From Selaginella moellendorffii (lineage: Eukaryota; Plantae; Lycopodiophyta), in assembly GCF_000143415.4 (NCBI RefSeq), contig NW_003314288.1:1674056-1738055 (forward strand): a DNA stretch of 64,000 bases, in the 5' to 3' direction. A program made the translations under genes and the position numbers. The notes beneath the pieces are model-generated. The model was not told where the DNA came from. It was given only the letters and a program-made list of their open reading frames with translations, and searched no databases. Below, one piece after another: positions 25,101-36,358 of this stretch (position 1 is its first letter; every line of letters starts with the position of its first letter).

Positions 25101-28100
25101 ACAGGAAGGAGCATCACCTCCGTGGGGGCCTATCTACGGGTTATCCCCGTCCGAGCTTAAGGCCCTCAAAGAGTACGTGGATGAGAACCTTGCCTCAGGG
25201 TACATTTAGCATTCGCAGTCCCCGGCTAGAGTGCCTAACTTCTTTGTCAAGAAGAAGGATGGGAATTTGCGGTTAGTCATCGACTATCAAGGTTTGAACA
25301 AAGTGACTGTTCGGAACCGTTATCCGCTGCCCTTGATCTCGGACATGTTGGAACGCCTCGGCGGTGCCCGCTTCTTCACCAAGATTGACCTCCATGGAGT
25401 ATACAACCTGATTCGGATCCGGCCTGGTGATGAATGGAAGACTGCGTTCCAAACCCGCTATGGCCACTTCGAGTACACTGTCATGCCATTTGGCTTTACA
25501 AATGCTCTAGTAGTTTTCCAACACATGGCGAACGACATCTTTTGGGAGTTTCTTGATCAGATGATGATCATCTACCTAGATGACATCCTCATCTACTCAA
25601 AAACTTAGGAGGAGCATGACGAACATGTACGCAAGGTGCTGGCAAAGCTGCAAGAACACGGCCTATACGCGAAGCTTGAGAAATGTTCCTTCGATCAGTA
25701 GTCTGTGGAGTTCCTTGGGTAAATTGTCACTCCTGAGGGTATCACGATGGATCCTGCCAAAGTCAAGACTATTCTCGAATGGGAGCCTCCACAATCAATA
25801 TCGGACGTTCAGGTTTTCCTTGGCTTCGCCAACTTATACCGCAAATTCATTGATCACTACTCTGACATTGTCCTTCCTCTCACGCATCTCACTCACAAGG
25901 ATGTTCCCTTCTCTTGGTCTGCTGCTGCCCAGCAGGCCTTCGACACACTCAAGGCGGCCTTCAGTTTTGCTCTCGTCTTGATCCACGCTGATCCCTCACA
26001 ACCTTTCTTCATTGAGGCTGACGCCTCCGACTTTGCCATCGGTGTTGTGCTGTCTCAACTCGGAGTGGATCACGAACTTCATTCGATCGCTTTCCATTCT
26101 CGAAAATTCCAGCCTGCGGAGATCAATTACAAAATCCACGACAAAGAGCTCCTTGCCATCGTGGATTCCTTTGGAGAGTGGCGCCATTTCTTGGAGGGTG
26201 CAGGCCATCAAACAATAGTCTTTACGGATCACAAAAATCTCAAGTACTTTGCTACTTCCCGAGTTTTGAGCCGTCGTCAAGCAAGGTGGGCACAATTCCT
26301 GAGTCGGTTTGACTTTGTTATCAAGTACAAACCTGGAAAGCTTCTGATGCTCTTTCAAAGCGCTCCTATCTTAGTCTCAGGCCTGGTAATCCTGCCTTCG
26401 ATCAACAGGATCAAGTTATCCTTGATCCTGATCGGCTTCAAGTTATGGCAATTTCCCTGGCCCCTCAGGACTCCTCCTTGATGGATGCGATCAGAAACGA
26501 TCTTCAATCCAATGATCTCGCCAGCGACATTTTCCCCCATCTTCAGGCTGGACACCCAGTGACTCCCAACTACCGGCGATTTGACGAGTTCGAGTTCTTA
26601 GATGGCTTGCTGTACCGTGGGGAGTAGCTTTACAATCCTAAAGGTGATGCTCGAAGGTTAGTCCTGATGGGGTGCCACGATAGCCCGACTGCTGGTCACT
26701 TCGGCATCACAAAGACCTATGAGCTAGTTGCACGGGACTTTTGGTGGCCTCACATGGACGACTACATCAAAACTTTTGTTACCTCCTGTGACACTTGGGC
26801 CCAAAATAAGGTATCTCGCCACCTTCCTTCATGTTTACTTCATTCCCTCCCGGTCCCTTCAGGTCCTTGGGAATCCATCTCCATGGATTTCTTGAGTGAT
26901 CTTCTGAGTTCTGGAGGCTTCAACAGCATTTTAGTCGTGGTGGATCACTTCACAAAGATGACGCACTTCCTGCCATGTACCAAGGAGTTTTTGGGCGAGG
27001 ACATGGCAAAACTGGTATTCAAAGAAATTTTCCGACTTCATGTGATTCCTGCAGATGTGGTTTTGGATTGGGGACCTTAGTTCATCTCTTATTTCTGGCA
27101 ACGGTTTTTGCAACTGCTTGGAGTGAAGGCCAACCTCTCTTCGGCGTATCATCCTCAAACTGATGGACAGTCCGAGTGAATGATTCAGATGTTAGAACAA
27201 TTCCTGAGGTGCTTCATTAACTATCATCAGGATGACTGGTTTGATATCCTTTTCCTTACTGAGTTCTCCTATAACAACTCTATCACTCCTCTCTTCGACT
27301 TTCCCCCTTCTTTGCGAACTCTAGCTGAAATCCCCAATTCAATCTCTCACTTCCTTCTCCATCCGAATCCTCTCATTCAAATCCCCGCTCTGAGACATTT
27401 GTCTCCAACCTTCAGGAAATCCACAACTCCATCTCCTTCCACCTCCATCGTGCTCAGGAATCTCACAAAACATTTGCCAATACCCATTGTCAGGATTGTC
27501 CCCTTTATAATATTGGGGATAAAGTCTAGCTCCTCAGGCGAAATGTCTCCACCACCAGGCCATGTCCCAAACTCGATTTCAAACACCTCGGTCCTTTCCC
27601 TATCACTGCTATCATTAATCCTCTTACTTATCGCCTTGCACTTCCCTCTTATCAAATTCACCCCATTTTTCACTCCTCTTTCCTTGAGCCTTATATTCCC
27701 AGTCCTATTCCAAATTGGGTCATTCCTCTGCCTCCACCAGTGCAGCTCGAGGATGGGTCTGAGTACGAGGTTTAGGACATCCTTGATTCCAAGATCTCAC
27801 GGTCTAAACTCTACTATCTGATCAACTGGAAGGGTTATGGACCTGAAGAACGCACTTGGGAACTTGCAGAAAACCTGATTCATTCTCCTGACCTTATTCA
27901 AGACTTCCACCGCTGCTATCCTTCTCATCCCAGTCCTCATTCTTTTTCTCCATCTCCCGTCCCTCGCCACCCATCTCATCCTCCTCTTCATTCTCATTCA
28001 CGTCCTCGTTCCACTCGTTCTTGAGGAGGGGGTGCTGTCAGGAATCCCCCAATTCATACCACATTCCTGAATCTCGCTGGATTCCTGACCTGCAGACCAC

Positions 28101-30140
28101 ATTCCTGATTCTCGAGACTTTTCCCTATTCCTGACTCTTTGATTTCCTGTACGATTCCTGAGTCTTGAGCCACATTCCTGATGATGATGTGGCGCCTTCT
28201 CGACCTCAGCTATATTTAGGCCGTCCTCGATCCAAGAGTGGTGGAGCTTCATCAACCTATAGTATATATAGGTTAGCCTTGTTCCATTTCTCCACAATCT
28301 GAATCAACACCGGTCTAAGGCCTTTTCTTTGTTTCCATTAGCTTTTCTCTTTGTCTTTTGCATTTTCCAATCTTGATCTTGTTGGGGGTCTTGACAGTAA
28401 CTTTCCATGATACTCGACCATACCGAAATCTACAAGACCTTCAATAATTCGCTATTGATAACTTCCCATAGACTCACCTTAATACTTGAATATGGTGAGT
28501 TGTTATTCCCAAATGATTTACCTAATTAGTTTAGTCTCTAGAGATATAACATTGCAAACTATCCTCCAACTACCTATTCATCTTTTCTGTTTGTCCATGT
28601 CAAGAAGTGTCATTGCCATCATACTTGACTCAATACTCAATATCTATCTATAGGTAATAAGTTGTGCTGAATTTTAGCTTGGTGTGATATTGCTCTAGGA
28701 GAGTTCTCTAAAACCTATTAGTGAAAATCTTATCTTGATTTGAGATAATTTGTTTCAACCTTCCCCACACTCAAATCACTTATTCAAAGAATAGCTTTGC
28801 CACACCTTCTGCATCCACTTCTATTGTGGTGGGTATGAAATATGCCATTTTAGAAAACCGATCCACCACCATGAATATCACATCAAACTCCTCACTTGGG
28901 AGGAGTCCCATAATGAAATTCATCATAAGATATTTTCATAGACAATTCGAAAATGAGAGGCTTTGCAACAAACCCCCACTAGCATTAGTCATAGCCTTTA
29001 TTTGCTGATATGTTGGATATGTCTTTATATTATTTTAAACATCTTTAACCATATTTGGCTAGTGATACTTTATTTTTAGTAAGCCCATCATTTTGGGCAC
29101 TTTGCTATGTTCTACAAAAAATCCATCATAACACTCTTCTAAGGTTACCTTCCTTAATTCCCTTTGTGGAATATACAACCTATTTATTTATAATAGATAA
29201 GTTTATTATGCTCCACATAACTTGTTTTTTCTCTTCCCTATACGGCTCATCTATCTTGTAAGCATCTCATTGCCTCTTGGTTCCTTTGGCAAAACTTCTT
29301 GTGCTAGACTATCATCCTCATATATTATTTTCACATAATCCCAAAAAGTTATTATTGCACTAAATATTACCAACTTTAAGCTTGATTTTCAACTTAGAGC
29401 ATTTGCCATGATATTGCTCTTATCAGGTTCATACAAATCTTATAATCTAACTCCACTAAAGCATTGATCCACTGACTTTATTTTCTTTGTAAGTCAGGTT
29501 GTGATAAGAAGTGTTTCATTGCCATATATTTGTGTATACTTTGAAACACTTTCTAAAGTAGTATTGCCACTCCTTGAGTGCCTTGACCATCGGAAATAAT
29601 TCCTTTTTCATGGGCAAACCACTTTTGTTAAGCCTTGTTCAACATTTTCAAAAAGAATGCTATTAGATGTTTATTTTGCTTCAAAATTGTGTCCAACACA
29701 AAGTTTAAAGTGTCTATTTCTACCTTAAAATCTTTACGAAAGCATAGTAATGCCAATTTAAGATTTTTCCTCAATTTTCCTTTGAGTTGAACAAATGTTA
29801 CCTCACATTCTACTATCCATACCATCTTCCTTTTTATTGTTTGGTCCATTAGAGGCAAAGTTACTCTCGAATAATGTTTGATAAACTTTCAGTAATAGTT
29901 ACATAGCCTCAAGAATATCTTTAACTCGTGTATATTCAATAATCATTCCCATTCATAAATTGCTTCAACCTTCTCAGAGTTTGAGCCCATTCTTGCCCAC
30001 CACATGCCTGAAAAACTTTACCTTTTGTTAAGCAAAGACATATTTGCTCTCTTTAACATGCAATTTGTGTTCCTTTAAACACCTTTGTCAAGTGTTTAGC
30101 ATGCTCCTCTAATGTCTTGCTATGAAATGATCTAGATAGG
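22200..30140 (-). mobile_element. Highly decayed Ty3/gypsy pol remnant interrupted by the chromovirus
   Basis: Minus-strand RT remnant (YLD..SKTLEEH near 30100-30140), RT-connection/RNase H remnant at 29628-29858 and integrase-like remnants at ~28400-29100. Boundaries are vague. Confidence 0.55.
22863..28396 (+). mobile_element. Full-length but defective Ty3/gypsy chromovirus, Tcn1/Tf1-sushi-like
   Basis: 361-bp LTRs 22863-23223 and 28036-28396 (TG..CA, ~16 transitions). TSD GTAAC, PPT 28023-28035. PEG10-like gag (FPAKFSGKRSEL), CCHC knuckle CLYCADPNHKEAMC, protease [17 protein letters not shown], RNase H EADASDFAIG, integrase HDSPTAGHFG/HPQTDGQ and a chromodomain (YLINWKGYGPEERTWE). Many stops and frameshifts. 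Confidence 0.95.
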
Positions 30141-30519
30141 GTACAAAAAAATAGTCCATCAATGCTAATATAGTCCTAATATCAACGGTAACAAAAATAT
30201 AGTCCATTGATGCTCATGGACTACAAAAATATAGTCTATGTCTACTAAATATAGTTTTTTATATAGGACATTTTCTAAGTTTAGTTAGTGTAATGCTTGA
30301 AAATAATCCTCCATATCATAAAACCAATCCTTTACCTCTACAATCCTCTACCACCTATAAGTTTATACTCACTCCCACCCAAAAGCTTTAACCCCTAGTC
30401 CCAACTTTAAGTCGGTTTGGAAGCACTACTAAAGAATTCCTAATCATGGGGTGAAAGAAAGCAATCATCTCCCAGGGAGGGGAGCTACAATGAGGTTAAG
30501 GAACCAGTCTTGGTGTATT

Positions 30520-30690
30520 AATACTTGGACTCAGCTTTGGACTTGATCTTGGACTTGACCTTGGACTTGGTCTCGAACTCGATTTTGGATTTGGTTTGGG
30601 ACCCAATCTCAGATTTTGGACTTGGTCTCAACTTCGGTCTTGGACTTGGTCTTGAAGTCGATTTAGGACTTGATCTTGGACTTAGTCTTA
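30520..30690 (-). repeat. Decayed (GAGTCC/GAGACC)-type hexamer array
   Basis: TTGGACTTGATCTTGGACTTGACC... is a CpG-eroded reverse complement of the arrays in the 39.4-47.2 kb LTRs. Confidence 0.55.
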
Positions 30691-30949
30691 TTCAATGAAC
30701 TCTTTATCATTTTAATCATGATTTTAGGGATCCTTTAATCTATAACACTTGGGGAGTTGGTTCTTTACACCTTAATATGGATTGATTGTAGTATAATCAT
30801 ATAATAATACCAAATGTGACTTTAAGGCTTTTCTTATTTATATTATACTCCCTATATCTTTTCCATTCCTCTCACTTTTATTCCATTTTATTATTTTATT
30901 TTTACCTTTTCTTTTATCAATTTTATCTCTTCATTACTTTTTATTATTT

Positions 30950-33900
30950 ACCCTTCTTACTCTTTTATTCCCTCTCCAAATCCCTCAAATAGTTTTGTAT
31001 TAAAGTTGTCGATTAGCTTAAGAAAGAGTATGTTGATCTTTTCAACTTTAACCTGTCATCTGGAGCCAAGACTATAATGCAGCATTTTATTCCAATTGGG
31101 GATGTTTATTTAATTAAGGTTTCTATTTAGCATTGGTCATCAAAGAAGGTTTTATGCATAAATATTAAGGAGATGTTAGATAAGGGTATTATCTGAAAAT
31201 CTTGGAGTCCTTGGTTATGTGAACCTTATTTTATAATAAGAGTGTTTAATTTTGCATCAACTATTATCCATTAAATTATATATTTATCTTAAATATATAC
31301 TCTCTTACTCAAATTACCGATCTCCTAGATGTTTGGGGAGAAGTTATTAGTTCACGAAGCTAGATCTTACTTATGGGTATTGATAAATTCTAAAAGTCAA
31401 AATGAATGTTTCTAAAACTATTTTTGGTACACTATTTAGTTTATATAAGTTCTTGATGATATTGTTTAATTTGAACAATGCTTTAGTGACTTTTTAGTAG
31501 ATGATGGATAGGGTTCTTTACAATATGCTAAAAATAACTATCAACTTTATTGATGATGTCTTGATCCACTCAAAAGGGATATGGAAAGAGCATATTCATA
31601 ATGTTTATAAAATGTTAAATTAATTACGGGAAGTTAATTTAAAGCTAAAATGGTTAAAGTGAATAATGAGTGTTTGGGCCCAATGCCACAATTAATCTTG
31701 AGTATTGTACTTCTTGTGAGGGTTTGGAAATTAATCTTTACAAACTTGTAGTTGTTTTAAAGTGCCCTACTCTGAAGTGTGTGAATAATATGTAATACTT
31801 CCTCTATAAGGTGCAATATCTCAATTTTTTTATTGATTATCTTTTTTATTGTATTGCACCTTTATAAGTAGTTTTGAAGTTGTTAACATTTCCTTTATTT
31901 TTCATGAGGATAGTTAGGATATACCAAAACTGGAGGAGTCGTCAACACTTTTTTGATATCCATAAATGCCCACTCGCAATCCTCAAGCTTTCATCTTGTG
32001 CATGAATGTTTTTTATATTAGTTTCAAAGGTATGTTGATATAAGAAAGCTTAGTCACTATCATCCATTGCATATTCAATCCTAAACCCCATCCATTCAAT
32101 TATATATTGTAACTAATAGAAGTGAATTACTCTATAACAAAGGAGTGTTTAGTAGCACTTTAGGGCTTCGAGAAGTTTCATACATATTTGCAAGGTTCTT
32201 GGACATTATGTTAATATAATTATGTTATGATCACTTCATTATTAAAGTGGAAAAACTTAATTTGTTGTACTATTTTGTGGGTTTTGAAGTTTTAAATATA
32301 TAAATTTGAGGTTTTTTGTTGCTTATAGAGTTTTATAGATAATGCTAACTCTCTTTCTTAAGCTCCTCTCCTTCTTCTATTTTTAAAAAGCTTGGAAGTT
32401 TTAGTTGATATTAACCAGAAGTTTTATAGTTGATATTAAATCCCTTTTTCAAGCTCTCATATTTTTTACAAGCCTGTTATTCTAGTATTAGTGGATAATC
32501 TAAACAAGAATTTCATACCATTAGTAGTTACTATATTTGATATTTAGTATTCACAAGATTAGAGTTAGATTTACCTTCTATTTACAAGATTTATAAACCT
32601 TAAAAGATTGAGTTGTGTATCCAAAAACTTTTTAATGAGTTTAAGAGTCTTATATCACAAACTGATAACTTATTATTTTGGCATTTATATTTTTCATATT
32701 GTCTTGAGGATGACCTTTTATACTTTGTGGGAACTAATCTTGATGGCCATTTGTGGCTAGTGGTGCTTTTTAATTTTTATTTCACACTTTTTTCATGCTT
32801 ACTATAACTCTTTTATTCAAAATGCATATGTGGGACATCATCATGTGTGAGAAGCTAAACAAGTCTTTCTATTACCTGGAAATATATTTGATGTCATCTA
32901 ATATGTGCATAATTGCATTTGGTGCCTCATTGTAGCGCATGTGATCATGGGATGAGATTTGGATATACTGTCACCGTGGATCCTTGGAACCTTGGGAGAT
33001 AAATGGGGATAAAATAGCCACTAAGGGCTCTCTCATCAAGCAATTGCCCCTTTTCCAGTTGGCTTAAGGGGAGAGAGATAAGGTGCGCTACAGTTGGTAT
33101 CGGAGCAAATGGCACGGGTTCGATTCCCATTGATTAGTGGCTACTTAAAAAGTATAATATACCCTTGAGCAAGGTATATTCCTACCCCTAAATTTGAAAT
33201 TGTACGTATTGGGCATCCATGCGTACGTCCTTCCTCTTGTGTGGAGTATCCACGGACGAAGGTATCCACCGTGGGACTGCGGTACGGGTGGATGACTAGT
33301 TGCCTCACATGGAATAGCTGGTCTACACAATGGAAGGATTGGTAGATTGAGTGTGGAAATGGAGGTACTGGTTCCCTTTGGCTCAGTAGGGGTTGTTAGT
33401 TAATAGTCAATGAGGACATTGACATCTCTGAAGGGGGGGTGAGTGTAGCGCATGTGATCATGGGATGAGATTTGGATATACTGTCACCGTGGATCCTTGG
33501 AACCTTGGGAGATAAATGGGGATAAAATAGCCACTAAGGGCTCTCTCATCAAGCAATTGCCCCTTTTCCAGTTGGCTTAAGGGGAGAGAGATAAGGTGCG
33601 CTACACTCATACTACAGATGAACGGTTAGAGTCAATTGCAATTTCCTATCAGTTTGAGTTAATGGCATTTCATTTGATAAAGCTTTTTCTATGGTAAAGT
33701 GTTGACAATAAATATGTTATTATTACTTTTGACTACTTGATTGGTTTGGTAAAAGTCAATACTAGTGCATTCGTCACTACTATTAGATTTTTTTTTCTTA
33801 ATTAAGTGGTTTTTCAATATTTTTGTCCAAAGTAGATCCTCTCAAATAATAGTCATATGTTTATAGCTAAGGTATTTCATGTTTTGACTACTTGGCTAAA

Positions 33901-34330
33901 GATATGCCACACTTTACATAAACTTTTAGTAGTAGGATTAGAATGGTTATTTACCATTTCTCTGCTATACATATATTATAAGGATGCAAAGTTCCATTAG
34001 TGCTTCACCAAATAAACTTTTATATGATCATAATTTGATATTGCCAATAAAGTTGAGTTTACATTTTTAATTTCCCCAAGCTACTGATACTAAGTCTGGG
34101 GATTAATATTTGATGAATATTTTTACACTGGTTTGAGTAAAGTTTGCTAAACATTTGGGCTTTATACAAATAGGACAATAATAGTGTTAGAACTCTGATC
34201 ATCATCCACATGTGGACTATAAAGTGGATGATTTAGTGGTGGTTTATTTTCTCAAGTTGAACTACAAGTTTATGAGGTTTGGCATACTATTTAACAGATT
34301 AATCCTCCAAAAATTATATATATGTATCAG
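30950..34330 (+). mobile_element. Decayed Ty3/gypsy pol (RT-RNase H-integrase), same family as 34605-47526
   Basis: Colinear with the reverse complement of ~34900-37870 (e.g. HLYFSYCLEDDLLYF vs HLHSQYHLEDDLLYL; AAGCTAGATCTT in RT). Confidence 0.75.
32931..33605 (+). mobile_element. TRIM (terminal-repeat retrotransposon in miniature), 675 bp
   Basis: Identical 162-bp LTRs (32931-33092, 33444-33605) with 9-bp terminal inverted repeat TGTAGCGCA/TGCGCTACA. TSD CTCAT, PBS TGGTATCGGAGC 33095-33106, PPT AAGGGGGGGTGAG, 351-bp non-coding interior. Confidence 0.96.
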
Positions 34331-36180
34331 ATAAAATATATAAGTGAGGAATTTTTGGTTAATCATATTTTCACATTTTTGTATTCTATATATTTATAGT
34401 TATCTAATTAATAATGAATTTTATGTTATATAATAAATTACTAAAAATTGAAAGAAAGTGATTTATTAATTCTTTTATATTTTTTATTAACTTAAGGATA
34501 ATAGTAGAAACATTAAATTTTATGAAAGATATATAGATGAAGTATATACTTTATTTTCAAAGTTATAATACTTAGTATAATTGATATAGTTATAATTATC
34601 ATTATGTGAGTGCATGGAATATGGAAAGGGAATACAGAAAATGTGAATATCAATTAGCCCAAAAACCCTAGTTCATATATAAGAGCAAGTGGTCCAGATT
34701 GAAACCAATGCAACAGCTACCAAAATCGCACTATGCTAATATTAGTATACGGCATTGTGGGCCCTCACATCATCCCCTCCTCTCGGAATAATGGAAGATC
34801 ATCAAGGTTCTCTTGTAGATGGGCCGGGATCGAGAGGAACGTCAGGAGGAGGCATCGATGGATCTGTAGGTGGTATTAACTGCTCCTGATCCCTTAGTAT
34901 GAAGCATGTTAACTGCTGCACATACACAATCTTTGGAGGATCAGCTTGCTGGATGTCATGCCGAACCTCATAAACTTGTGGTCCAACTTGCCGCAACACC
35001 TGATATAATCCTTTCCACTGAGCAAGGTGCCCCTTAGATAAACCACGTACCATAAAATGGAGTAAACAAACTAACACTAAGTCATCCACTTTGTACTCCG
35101 CAGGTGGACGATGATGGGAGTTGTAGCGCCATTGTTATCCCACTTGTACGTGGCCTAAGTGTTCAGCAGACTCTGCTCAAACAAGTGGAAGAATGCTCAT
35201 CAAATACTGATCCCATGACTTAGCATCAACAACTTATGGCAATCGCAAAAGTAAACCCAACTCCATTGGTAATATTGGATCATGACCATATAGGAGTTTA
35301 TATAGTGAATCACCAATAGAACTCTGCACCTTTGTGACATATGCATACCGAAAAAATGGCAAATAACCATCCCAATCCGAATGTTGAAAGTTCACATACT
35401 TCGCAATCATCCCTTTCAACGTCCGAATGAACCGTTCCACCAGACCATCTAATTGTGGATGATAAGCACTTGTAAAGTGTGGCATATCCCCAACCAAAAG
35501 GTCAAAACATGAAATGCCTCAACCATAAATGCGGGACCATTATCTGAAAGAATCCACTCTAAACAAGAATGTTAGAACACCACTCAATTGAGGAGGAAGT
35601 ATCCAATAGCAGTTGTAGACGCACTAACAAAAGTACCGACTTCCACCCAATAAGTCAAGTAGTCAAAAGCAATAACAACATACTTATTGCTAGCAATCAA
35701 TAGTGGAAAAGGTCCCATAAGATTAAATGCCACCAACTCAAATGAACGGGAAATTGCAATTGACTCTAATCATCGTTCCACAACACGAGGGGGAGTATTA
35801 CAAGCTTGGCACAAAACGCAACTACATATATACTAGATAATATCACATTGCATTTCCGACCAATAGAAAAACCTACGCAACTTCTCAATCACACGACAAT
35901 GTCCCATATACCCACCTAAAATAGAACAGGAGAATCATAGTAGACATGGAGAAACTATGGAATAAAGATGAAAGGCACCACCAGCCGTAAAGGATCATTA
36001 GGATCTGTCCCCACAAATAAAGAAGGTCATCTTCAAGGTGATACTGAGAATGTAAATGCCGGAATGACAAGTCATTAGCAAGTAATGCAAGATTCTCAAA
36101 CCCATCTCGAAGCCTTTGAATCCATGGCTCAAGCTTTTGAGCCTTATGACCCTTATCAAAAGAAGGTAAATATTGCTCGG

Positions 36181-36358
36181 CATCTTCCCGGGAGGTCACC
36201 CAGCCCTGTACTATTCAAACCCAAGGACGCTTAACCCCAAGTATCCCAAGACCCTTAACCGATTGGAAAAGGGGGTGCACTATTATTCATGGGCCCTTTC
36301 CCTTTATATTTGAACCCCTATGGATCGTTTCTCAAGTCGTTCCCTTTGGTTGCTTACA
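36181..36358 (-). mobile_element. Truncated Cassandra-like LTR containing a 5S rRNA-derived internal promoter
   Basis: Starts TGTAAGCAACC at 36358. The minus strand of 36235-36184 reads GTTAAGCGTCCTTGGGTTTGAATAGTACAGGGCTGGGTGACCTCCCGGGAAG, ~43/52 ungapped identity to plant 5S box A-IE-box C as recalled. Absent from the paralogous site near 32530-32565. Confidence 0.8.

Noticed and set aside
32931-33605. Retrozyme (hammerhead-containing TRIM)
   Set aside because: No CTGANGA...GAAA core found on either strand by eye.
36184-36235. Functional 5S rRNA gene
   Set aside because: Only ~52 nt of the internal control region is present. The 5' half and the 3' end are missing.
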